Below, piece after piece: positions 22,116-34,800 of a stretch of DNA of 64,000 bases. The notes under the pieces were generated by a model, which saw only the letters and a list, made by a program, of their open reading frames with translations, was not told the origin of the DNA and did no database searches. This stretch comes from Tubiluchus corallicola (taxonomy: Eukaryota; Animalia; Priapulida), in the NCBI GenBank assembly GCA_030141605.1, contig JAQGDQ010000114.1:544009-608008 (forward strand), read 5' to 3'. The first letter of the stretch is position 1. Every line of letters begins with the position of its first letter. The position numbers were made by a program, and so were the translations under genes.

Positions 22116-24379
22116 GAAGTTTTCTAATGTTTATTATTACAATGTATTATTATTTACTATACTGGCTGCTTGTAGAATGTGTATTACTAAATCACGCCTT
22201 AATGCACTGCAACAAGATATTCCAGATACTGTATAGCAAAAAATAGGATTTCGTTAGTTGAGTGCGACTGTCTGAGCATATAGTTAGTTAAAGTTAGCTA
22301 GCATAGTTAAATAGTTCAGCTGAGCTAACTTACTTAGTTTTTATTTAATTTATTCAGTTTTCGTATTTATGTTAGAATTAACTACAAGACACTAAAACAA
22401 TTTGTTGTTGGTGTAAAAAAAATTTTGCTTTACAACACAACATGTAAAGCAAATCTAACAAACTGTTTTATATTTGTTATTTTAGTACTTTGTTGTAACT
22501 TTTATTTTAGCTAGCTCTTGCATTGTAACTATGTTTGAAACTTCGCAATAAATCTTGATATACTGCACATATCCTTGCATATATAATAATTAAGTCCTCT
22601 TTGTAAGGATTTACTAGACAAGTTCTTATAGTTTGGCTTGTGGCTCAATGATGCATTTTCTGGAATTGCCGATAAATCACTTAAGATTAACACTTTCTCC
22701 ATGTTTTTCACGCTTCTTTATATACTATAGTGACTTGCAGAGAGCGAGTGTTTGTGAGAACGTGTGTTACGTGATCAAGGTGGGCAGGGCTAAACACCGC
22801 TTGCGATCTATCTATTAGCCAAAGTTTTCCAAATTTTCTGCTAGTGTTCCGAAAATTTAGTTTAAGTATAGCAGTATCTAAGAGAATAACTTGAAATACA
22901 AAAGAATGAAAAATGAAATGTTTTAACATGAAAATATCGCAGATGTAAGCACTAAACGCTCTCAAACTCAAATCCCGCTTAGGTCAACTTTCGGTGATTT
23001 CAGTTAAGCTTTGACATGCAGAGGGCCAAAAGGCGACTTTAAATGCTGATTCTGCTGCTTGTAGCAAAAATTGAGCCAGACTGGGCTGCCAGTGTTACTG
23101 TCGGTGGCTTGCCTGACGTCTGAAAAACAAACGACTATGATACAGTATAAAAGAATACTGCTGGCTAAGGGTGTTTTTGACGTCACAGAAAGCAAGTTTT
23201 AAGCAAGTGTGACTCAATAGTTTTTCATGAAATCATATTTGCGTAATAGAGCAAAAAATTTTCTTTCAGATGCAAATAAGCATTTTAAAGTAGATCACTT
23301 CAGTTAAAGTTAACTTCAAAACTTTGTGACAACTAAATTTCAGGAAACTCTGTAAAAACTGTGACTCCGCCTCAGTATTCTTTGATTATAAAGCAGTAAG
23401 AACTAATAATAGTCCCAAATTTGATATCGGTTGAAAGATCATTTCTAGTCTATAAGGACATGTACATTCAAATTTCAAATGTTTTCACACCAGACTATTT
23501 TAATTAAGTTTTAAAAAATCTAAACCCATTGTACAAAAATGCCTAAATGATTTATTTAATTGTGTGTACATACGTTCATTGCCCGGAATAGGGATGTTGT
23601 GCTACACATTTTCTGTTGGCTGTTTTTTCAGTTAAAACTCTAAAAGGGGTTCATAGCACCTCCGATGCCAGTACCAGTTCTGGTGGGAGTTAATTCGAGC
23701 ACAGCGTATGATGATTGGAACTTGTGCACAGCACAAGTCGGGGTTCCGATGATCGGAACAGTATCTCACAAATTCAGGATTCCGATCACTGGAACAGTAT
23801 TCACTTCCTAACTCTAATAAGTAGTGTTTGTCATGATAATTACTTTTTGTAAATTTGGTAGGCATAAATTGTTTTTTATTTGTGTAACTGCAATACCATA
23901 TTATTGTTTGTTCCTGCAGCTTTTTATTACTTATACAGTATTTTTAATTTTTTCTAAAATACACTATACATTATACATTGTGAATAGATTAATTTACTTT
24001 ATGCTGTTATTCAAATATTTTTTGTACTCATTATAAGTTTAAGTTTGGCAAGAAAATGTACCTAGGCATTCATTTGGGCCTGGGATATTTGTTTGGCGTG
24101 CTTTTAGTTTTACAGTACTAGTTATTTTATGTTATATTTCACCTTCTTTTGATCCAGGCTAGATGCAGCTTGTAAATCGTGTAATTCTGTGTACCTTGTG
24201 TCTGTGTATTGCTACATTATTGTAGCCTAATTGGGTCACCTGTAAAAATCTATTAATGTATTAGCAGCTGTGTTTTAAGAAGCCATTAGCAAGAAAAAAC
24301 GTTCGTATTTGTGTATTTCCTAAATGCCTACTTGATCCTTCATAGTGGCAATTGTCACATGCCGAGCGGTTTGTTAGGC

Positions 24380-25201
24380 TCACATTTACCCAATTGACTC
24401 AAACATCGCCACTTTTATTCAAATGTATACTAAAACTACTGGCAATTGACTCAAATAACGCCATGTAATTGACTCAATATTTTTGCTTCATTTGCTTTAT
24501 TATAAGAGAAAATTATTTTATATTTTATGTGTGCGACCAAAGAGCTTTTTACCATGTTTATGTCATCTGTGCTTCACTTTTGTGCACTATAATGTACGTA
24601 GAAAAAATATAATGTATGTTTATCACCTGCTGTATCGCAGCGCTTTTGCTTAGAATCTGTCATCCACTTGTCCACTGCATTTAGCCACATTGTCTCTGGA
24701 AGCTAAACAGTAATCATTGCCCAGCGATTTGCTTTTGAAACTCTCCTTGCTTTTCACTGGGGAAACATGTTCACCACCAACTGCATCTCAAGCACATCAG
24801 GCGCTTGTTTTCCGTGAATATGTGCAGCATACAGCAATAGATTTTCAACTCTTAATTGGTATTAGAACTTTATGAACCAACTTCTTCATGAAGAAATAAA
24901 ACAACCGACCTTGAATTAAAGTTTGTAATTTTTAGTGTAAATAAATAGAGTTGTGCAATTTCTTTTATTTTTTTAATTCATTTCTATAAGTTAGTACCAT
25001 TCTTAAATAATTGCACATAGGAATTTTAGCATAACTCATTTCCAAAATACGTTTAAAGCTTTTGCAGTGCCTACTAAACTGATGAATGATGACTCATTCT
25101 TCTGTCCTAGTAGTACCACAATTGGCAGTTAATAGATTCAGTTGGTTAAACAGGTCAAAACACATTCGTCCAAAAGTGAATCTAATAAATGGCACCTACT
25201 C
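24380..25201 (+). mobile_element. Tigger/pogo-like MITE family, copy 2 (diverged)
   Basis: Shares TAATTGACTCAATATTTTT, GCTTCACTTTTGTGCACTATAAT and the 3' end GGTCAAAACAC..GTGAATCTAATAAATGGCACCTACT with the other copies. Confidence 0.75.
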
Positions 25202-25275
25202 TATTATTTGTACTTAACTATCCATGAAGCAATGTATAAATTATCGCATGTGCACTGTTGCTGCATTAGTAGGCC

Positions 25276-25588
25276 TAGGGTTCCCAACTCTTGGTGAAGT
25301 CTTTCTTGAATAGAGCTGCCGAGTTCACTGTTATTTAAGCAGCATGCCCTGAAATATATGGGTATCTGGGCTGTGGCTGCAATATAAAATTCATAGTGTT
25401 AATTTGTCATAAGTTTGTCAATTTGTCAATAGTCATAAGTTTATGAAAACTAAATAACAGTTTTCTATTTGGATAAGAAACATGTCTTTTTGAAAGATTT
25501 CACTATCCAGGAAGCCTTAAACCTTTTACGAGATTGGCAAATGTATTCCTGGTCAACTTAGGCAAATCCAGGACAGTTGGGAATCCTG
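25276..25588. mobile_element. hAT-like MITE
   Basis: TIRs TAGGGTTCCCAACT ... AGTTGGGAATCCTG, flanked by an imperfect direct repeat TGCATTAGT..AGGCC. Confidence 0.55.
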
Positions 25589-25858
25589 TGCATTAGTGGT
25601 AGGCCTAAATGTTGTTAATTTATTTGAGTCGTGTTGCTTTATATTGTTAAAGTGCTTGAAAGACACCTGTTGTTTTCCATAACTTGTTTTGCTGCTTCTA
25701 TCTCTACTCACCAAGTGTAGGCTACTATAGGATTTCTTTTTCTGGGCTGTGACTGCTGTATTTATTCTATTGTTAATGATATTTTTTCTGTTTTTTTAGC
25801 AAAAATGCTTGTGTAAGCGGCCTGTTTTTGGATCCGATTTCACTAACAAGTTAGCTTG

Positions 25859-28800
25859 ATGGCACTGAGCAGGGACATTGAGGATGTTGAGGTAGGGTCA
25901 TTTTTGTGATTTCAAGAATCATAGTTTCTAGGCTATCCTACTGGCTCTGGTGAGCATTGGATAGGTTTATATTTTTAGTAATATACATTATACTCTTGTC
26001 AGTAAATTGTACTAGTTAGTGAAGTCATTATTATTTAGTATGACCTCTGAAGACGATGAACTGCCTTGATTCTTCAACCACATCTCCACTCTGTCAACCT
26101 CACACTAGGATGTGAGCCACCATCCAGTCTGCTACATCCCTTCTTTGAACAGTTCCCTTCCCTAAGGCTGACCATTTTCTCTGTTGCCTCTGTTTTCGCT
26201 TTCTTTTTCCTGCGGTTTCCAGCCGATGGTACCTTTCAACAACATTGTTTGCATTCCATTGGCATGAACTTTGATCAGTTTACGTTTTCGAAATTACTAC
26301 TTCAGAATATACTGGCGTTGAATCCAAAAATCAGGAAACATGCGCTGATTCTTCCAAGTTTTCAAACTAAAACTGAAAAGAAGAATTGGAAGCGAAACTG
26401 CACCAGTTGTGTAAGTTGTATTACTAACGAAATTGTGTAACACTTAAATACAGAATCGTGCTTTGTCCTTTTTTTGAAAAATCATAACGTGTGCTGGTCA
26501 ATCACTATTAACTAAGTATCAGTAAGTTCTGCCAAATATTGTTAACAGTATATTGAAACTCCTTTCATTAGCGGAGCTGTACAGCTATAATTTACTACAA
26601 ATGTTTGTGTAATGACTAAATTAGTACTATTTCAGCTATGTGATTGCACATTAGTTTTCTACTCTTTGCGTGCAATTGCTAGCACTTTAATTTTTAGAAA
26701 GGTAATATATAAGTGATATCTCTAAGGTTTTAGTTGGTGGTAAATATGTACATGTGTTGTGAATTTGTGTAACTGCGTCTATTGCATTTTTAGCATTACT
26801 TTAAATATTTTTTGAAGAACACTGTAGGCAAATACAAGAATTTTGATGATATCAAGCACACCACTCTGAGTGAAAGAGGAGCACTGAAAGAAGCTGCAAG
26901 GTAGTGAATTAATTAATTATTGTCAAGAATTTTTTATTATAGTTAATGAAGTTGCCATCATAATTGGTGCTTATGATGTAATTTGTTGAACAAAATTAGA
27001 CAAATGGCAAATATTTTTATGCAGTTTTGATGACAGCAACAATTCTGCATATACGCTTCTACAAATAATATGTATATGCAATTGTGGCCGATAGCTTATT
27101 GGTTGTAAATTAGCATCAACTGTAGCTTTTTTAATCATAAAAACATTTCTCTGTATGTGAAGTTCTGGTATAGTTAAAACAGTTTTTTGTATGTTTATAC
27201 CATATTATATCGAAAGTGTGTGTTAAGCTCATATTACATAAAATTAAGCTTCACAAATAAATAAATCCAGTTGATATGCAAACTTTGATTCTCAAGATAC
27301 TTGATGCAACTACGTTCCAGATCTGAATGAAATCATAGGCAAAGATTTCAGATCTGTAAGATTTTAGATTTTACAGCTTTTTAGTTCTACACTGGGATGC
27401 TATTTAAAATAATTATTGCTTTTTGTAGATGCTTGAAATGTGCAGATGCACCATGTCAAAAGGGTTGCCCGACCCAACTTGACATCAAAATGTTTATTCA
27501 GCAAATTTCGAACAAGGTGAGTTAAAGTATAGGTAACTTGTGCCATAGATGTTCAGTGTTTTCGTAAACAAAAGATTCATAGTTCACATGACATCGAATG
27601 GTTTCTTTTCATTGGAGTGATAGGAGTAGCTGGGCAGTCACATCATACACTTAACAACTGAACTTACCAATGTCAAGCCTGGTCAATAAATGGATGGTTG
27701 ACTGCCTTGAAAAGTGCTTCCGAGCTATTTATCTTGAGGGGAATTTGTATGCATCCAGGCAAGGTTATTAAGGCACTTTTACTGGTTCAGTGTTTCATCT
27801 TAGAGGATTATTCTTGATGATGTTGATGAGGTTCCAGTTCTATGACAGCCATCACATAAAATACTGCATTCATAAGTGTATACATACAGATATTTAAACT
27901 GTAAGGAGATATGTAGGATTCGTTATACTGCTCTTTCAATAAGATTTTTCAGTGACTATGGAATTTTATGGTGGGATAACCTTCCTTATGCTCGTTTTCT
28001 TTTTGCAAAGGAAGACCACTCTGCTTGTACAAAGTGATTATTTGAAGATTAATTTCTGCAAATTCGACGTACACAAATATTTTATCAATGCTTTACAATA
28101 TTTGCAAATTGTGAGTGCACGCTGTATACAGTGTGCTGTGAAGTCCTATGGAAGTCTAAGCTGCTTCAGTACAATTAAGTTATCATTGTCAAATGCAGGA
28201 CAGTTCAATGTTTTGAATTTTATGTGAAATGGTTTGAAGGTTTCTAAATTTATCTAACTATGTTTACACGAGTACTTTTTGCAGAACTATTATGGAGCAG
28301 CAAAGACCATTTTTTCTGATAATCCATTAGGTTTGTCTTGTGGCATGGTGTGTCCTACAAGTGATTTATGTGTTGGAAACTGTAATTTGTATGCTTGTGA
28401 AGAGGGTCCGATAAATATTGGTGGCTTGCAACAGTTTGCCACAACAGTAAGTATGCATAAGAGTGTAATAAAACATTTAGACAACCACTATAACTATTTA
28501 ACTGATGCAGCTGTGTTTGAGATCATAAATGAGCAATTCATTAGATCAAAATGGTGGTTCTATGATTCTGCGCTCACATTTTGAAGTGATCGCACTCAAA
28601 CATAAAAATTTTGTTTGAATAGTTTCAGTTGGCTTTGATACTTCCTGTATTATACCTTCAATTTTCTGGCATTTCCAGTATATTTTAATAGTGGAGTTCT
28701 TAGTGTAATATAATTTTTAGCACACAATCATATGATGCAAATCAAATCATGCTAACTACTGTCCAGAATAATGTGATCTAATTCTAACACATTTCATCAC

Positions 28801-31800
28801 TAGTCGAATTTGCTTGACGTGTATCATTTGTTTGAGGTGTATTTATGTGACAACATGTCACTTTTTCTCTGTAAGTTCTTCATGCAGAATTCCACCCATT
28901 TGAAAGACATTTTTCAAAGTTTTTTTTCATTTTTCAGCCACAATTTTTCATTTTTCAGGTTTTCAAAGCCATGAAAGTTCCTCAAATTAGGGATCCATCG
29001 GTGCCGCCGCTAGACGAGCTTCCTGAAAGTTATCAAGCTAGAATAGCATTTATAGGATGTGGACCTGCATCTATTAGTTGTGCAACATTTCTTGCTCGAC
29101 TTGGTTATTCAAATCTCACCATCTTCGAAAAAGAAAATTACATTGGCGGATTGAGGTACTTGCCTTCCCTAATTACTGCTAGCACATTACCTTGAACCAT
29201 CTTATGATATGTATATATTACAGGCAACGTGTGAAATCAGGTATTTTATAGAATGTCGAAGCTAGGTAAAAAACCAGGTAAAGTCGCTAAAGTAATTTCT
29301 GCCACACTTTTCCTAGACATTATAATTAATGCAAAAGTTTATCTAGGCAAAGTGTGTAATTCTTTGATTTTGAATATACTTTTCCTAGGCATTTTGTAAA
29401 ATGCTGATTAAGGCATAGTTAATCTAAAAATAAAACAAGTATTCAATTGTTCTGATATAATTTTTCTAGGCATTTTATATAATGCCAATTTTGTTTTAGA
29501 GCATGTACGAATTTTTGTTCAGTCGGTTGGTCAGCAGATAGATAAATGGGCAGGTAGATAGATTGATGGATAGATAGATAGGTAGATAGACAGGCATACA
29601 ACATGCAAAATTATATTTACGCAAGGTCTAAACTTAATGAATCAGTGTATAGCATTAAGAACATTCTTACATACAAACAAGTTGATTAAAAAATTGTTTG
29701 TAAGAACTTTAATGAATCTAGCACCAGGCTTACTTGGTGTGGAAAGTGATCCATCTGATTGAGCAGCATGTCAGAGATGGTGACATTGCACCCACCACCA
29801 ATAAAGCAATTTTCTCTCACTCAGTAAATTACTTGAATTATGTGCTTAGTTTAGTACTTTAGCTAAGTTGTTTTATGTATTTCATACAATACCTAAATAA
29901 TGTACAAAATAGTTAGGAGAAATTCAATTCAGTGTTTATTTTACACATTGCCAAAGTCACTTTACACATTTTATATAAATCCTAGTTTTTGTACAAAACA
30001 TCTAGGAGAAGTGTGAAAGAGTCGCAGCAAAAACATTTATTTCAGACTTTGCCTGAAATGCGTAGGAATTTTATAAAATGTCTAAATTTTACACATTGCC
30101 TGTAACAGATAAATTTTACTGCTGTGTTTGCCAAAAATTCTGAGCGTTATATTAATCTACTGGCGGTTTCTTAATACTTTTGTGGAGCTTTATTCTAATG
30201 TACTCTTTAGCATTTGCAATTGCTTCTTGCCATATGTTGCTACTGAATTATTTAAAATGCAGTGTCATTGTGGGTGCCAGAAACCATGAATAAATTAAGT
30301 TACAGAAATCAATGTGATTCAATTGCTAATTTTGATAGCCACACTTTGCAATAGAATTTAATACTTTGCATTTAACACGAGAAAAATAATCACAGTAAGA
30401 CAAATAAATTTTTCTGTTTTAGTTCATCTGAAATTCCACAGTATCGTCTGCCATACGATGTGGTTGACTTTGAAGTTGACATGCTGCGCGACCTTGGAGT
30501 TACAGTAATGAAATTTGTTTTATTCTTCCAGATTTTATTATTAGTATTGGCTATTTGCACACAAAAACTGTTCACTGTTTCTTTACTTTTGGACACGAAG
30601 AAATTGAATTCATGCTCTTTGTTAATTTTATTAATTTGTTTCAAAAGTTGAATTTTTTTCGGCATAAGGAAATAAATTTAAAGTTACATTTCACTTAAAT
30701 TTTTGAATTATACATAACGATGTTTCAGATTACCACTGTTTCAGATTGAACTTGGCAAGAAGTTTGGTAGTAATGGCTTTAACCTGCTTTCTTTAAAGGA
30801 AAGATACGAAGCTGTATTTATTGGAATAGGTAAGAAAAGCAGTTTTTTAAGGACAACATATTTTATAGATTTTTGTCTTTTTTGTAAATATATACTTATG
30901 AGTTTTTTCTTTCACTTCAGTATATTATGCATATCATTCAACAAATTCATATAAAAGATTTTGTTAAACCTTTGCCATTTTTGTGCAGCTCTGCAACTGG
31001 CCTTGATTGGTTATGTGTAATTGTAGGTCTACATATTACTGTGCTTGTGTACTAAAAATTATTTCACTGCTGCTTTTAGGTCTTCCTCAACCAAAGGTAA
31101 TTCCTCTTTTTGAGGGACTGTCTGAGAAATCTGGATTTTACACATCAAAATCATTTCTTCCTCATGTTTCATCAGCCAGTAAACCAGGTGAAAAATGGCA
31201 GTTTTATGTTTTATTTCACCCAACAGTTTCTCTCGTAAACAATTTATTGTGGCATAATTCTAGTAATTTCCAAGATTTTATGCTGTTTCTCTTTAAATAT
31301 AGTTAAATGCTCATGTTTTGTCTACAGTCTACGCTATGCGTATAGTGTCTCAAAACGAAAATGGTGATGATGGTGTTTGTTTGTTGTTAGTTTGGTTGGA
31401 AATTCTCAGGCTACTTTGTACCACATTTGCATTTGCATCTGTAGACCTACAAAGTTAACTTACATTTAAAAAAAAAACTACAGATTAGAATTTGCAATCA
31501 TAACTTTACTCATAATTGTAATCAAAAGAATCCAGGCTTTCCTGGCGAAACCTAAATCGAAATAGTTTCCTTCAATTTTAGACTATGAATATTACAAAAT
31601 TTTAGGTTAATTTGATGAGAGAAAATACACAAAACACTCGCCAAAGCCTACTATTTAACCCTCTTTTGTTGCTGAAGTGCATAAGAATATAAGAATAAGT
31701 TTAGGAGCATAAGAATACCATTCGAGCAAGAGGTTATAAAGATATTTTAACACGTTTTCAGTGTAGTTGCAATAAAACATTACGAGTATGGAGTTACACT

Positions 31801-34800
31801 ACACACTATATTGTTACCAGTGAACAGTAGAAGCTTGACCTTTGTCAGTGTTAATCAGCTTCAAGTTTGCACACAAGATGTATCTTATAACACTAGTTTT
31901 TACCGTACTCAAATCGAAATAGTTTGCAGTAATCGAATTAAATTCGAAATAAAATTTTATTTCAATTGATTGCAAACATGAGCTCTGCTACAAATATGAG
32001 CTCAACAACAGGAGAAGTTAGAAGTAGGCTTACAATGGAGATGACATTTCATAATTGAAAGCATATTATTGTTGTGTCGCAGGTTGTATTGTGTTAATGT
32101 TGTGACATTGATCACTAGTCTCAGTAGACTAGACGGCAGTGCAAGAAACAGTTAATGAAGCTTGTAACATTTTTATCGTGTTTTTGCATTTTTTAGCTTT
32201 ACTGATTTGTTATCTCAATATTACGCCTAACAGCTTTATCACTAACTGAGGATTATTAGCGAAGCTCACTATTTTTAAGAGACTCTCTCTTTCTGCACTC
32301 TATTTGCTTCTTACTTCCGATGTTTATGATTAAAATATGTTACTAGGAATGTGTTCGTGCAAATCTACCCTGCCGACATTAAGTGGCAATGTCGTAGTGT
32401 TGGGTGCTGGAGATACAGCGTTTGATTGTGCTACGTCAGCTCTTCGCTGTGGAGCAAAAAGGGTTTACGTTGTATTTCGCCGAGGATTCACAAACATCAG
32501 AGCAGTTCCAGAAGAGGTAAAAAATACTAAAAATCTCATTTGAGCGTACTGAAGGTGATCTCCAAGCGCAAAGTTTTCGGTCCAATTGAATTTACCAATA
32601 GCTTCTATCACAATTATCATCAGTGGTGTGGCATTTTATTGTAGGGATTAAAATTACTCCAAAATGTGGTAGCTTTACAAATTATAACTACTTAAAATTC
32701 TTTGTAATTAGATGAGGAAGTGATGAAGATACATTCTAGATTTTTTGATGAATCTGCCAAAATGTTCAATTAATGTAAACAAATTAAATGCTGAGGTAGT
32801 ACTAAGATCTTCTAAGTGTTCAAGCAAATGTTTAGGAGTCATCTGGCTGAACTATTTTTGAAGCAACTCCAAGAAAACACTTGCTATTCCCTTTTTGTAC
32901 CTGAAATGCTCTACTTACTCCATTAATTACTCAGCTCAGTCTCATATAGAATGAACACAAGATAAGAAACGGGCAACTAAAAAATTTAGAGAAGACATTT
33001 AAAATTAGATTGCTAAAAGTGTAAGAATATGCCACCTGTTAGTAATTGTGTTTGTCCTAACAGCAGGGTGAAACAAATATTATGTCTCGTCTAAGTGACA
33101 AGTTTGGTTTAATAGACCTGTGTATAAAAAATATTAGCAAAAGTTTACTGAACCTAATTTTTTGTTATAGCCTTTGATGCAAATTTTGTCCATTTTGTGT
33201 ATATGGTACTTTTATTTTTTTAGATGGAATTGGCTAAGGAAGAACGTTGTGAATTTTTGCCATTTATGGTTCCTCATAAGGTTTGGTGGCTTTTTACTGG
33301 TGGTTGATTTTTGTGGCTGATAAAGATAAAAATGATTTTACGAATTGTTGTGCCATCAATAGTTCCAGTTTTCCTAACTGATTGCCAGATTATACCTTAT
33401 TAATACGTGCACACATATATAAAATGCTGTCTTTCTCATTTGCAATGGCTTGGACATAATTATAAGCATTGAGAATGATACTTGCCGTGAACTGATATGG
33501 ATAGGTTGCTTTTCAGCGTATTGTTGTTCACAGTAAACTCAACTAGTAGAGAGCTTGTCATTTAATTTTATTAGAGTTTAATTAACATTTGTTTAGCATG
33601 TGAATTTAGCTTGCTTATCATTTATCTTCATTGGCTGCATAATAAGCGAGTATAAATCTACATAGACAAGCATGAAAACAAATTTAGATAACAGATTTAA
33701 AATTACATTATTACAAACCTAAACTGTATAGTAGATATGCTAAGAATAGGCATAAATTTAAGATTATATGTATGTGACAAGTTATGGCAACTACTGCTTG
33801 GCAATTCCATTTTATTTTGTGGTCTTGGATCAAACGCTGGTTTACCCTTGAGAACTGCTAATAGTAAAATTGCTTGAAAGGTAAGTTTTCAGGCAGTTGC
33901 AAAAGATCTACAAATTTTGAGTGTTGTGTCCAAGTAATAGGGAACCTAAAATTTTTGTTTGACATAAGGCTATTATACATTTCGAAAATTCTAAATAATA
34001 CAATATAAAAGCAACCGTCAATATTCATTTTAATATTAGGTGAAATTCAGTGTTAATTATTGAAAAATGCAGAAAATTATAGTTGGAAATTTCTCACTTG
34101 TGTTTCATATCATCACAGAAAGTATTTTAAAATGTATTGAAATAGCTACAAGTCAGTTAGGGTTATGCATGGAACAGTGTTTGTTATATTTACTTAAAAT
34201 TTTGGTTTGTACTCATAAAATGAAATATTTGAAAACAAAATTATGCATTATTAGTTTAACCTTCCTTTTATAATACGCATCTCACAAAAATAATCTTTCT
34301 AAATCAGGTGATTCAAAAAGATGGTTGCATCGCTGGCATGGAATTTATCAAAAACGAACAGAATGACGATGGGAGTTGGGCTCCAGATCCGGAGCAGACC
34401 ATCCGTCTAAAAGTTAACTATGTTATCTCTGCATTCGGTTCGGGCTTGGATGATGACAACGGTAAATTTCAAATTTTCATGTACTTTTACATCTTTATGC
34501 TTTTGGTGGTTAAGTTGCTTTATTATCTCACAGTTTTTTAACAAAATGATTATTGTATACAGCTGCTTTTCTGATTTAGTATTGTGGTTTTGCTACAGTC
34601 CAAAAACACCTTGGTACCAAACCTTTTTATATGAATTTGTAGTTGTTTGCTTGTTTTTATTACAAATCTAAATTATTCGTTCAACTTGTGAACGTGTATA
34701 CTAAATAAGTTTGTTTGTAGTTATTAAAGGATTGGAGCCTGTTAAAATCAATGAATGGAATCTTCCTGTTGTTAATCACATGACAATGGAAACAAGTGAA

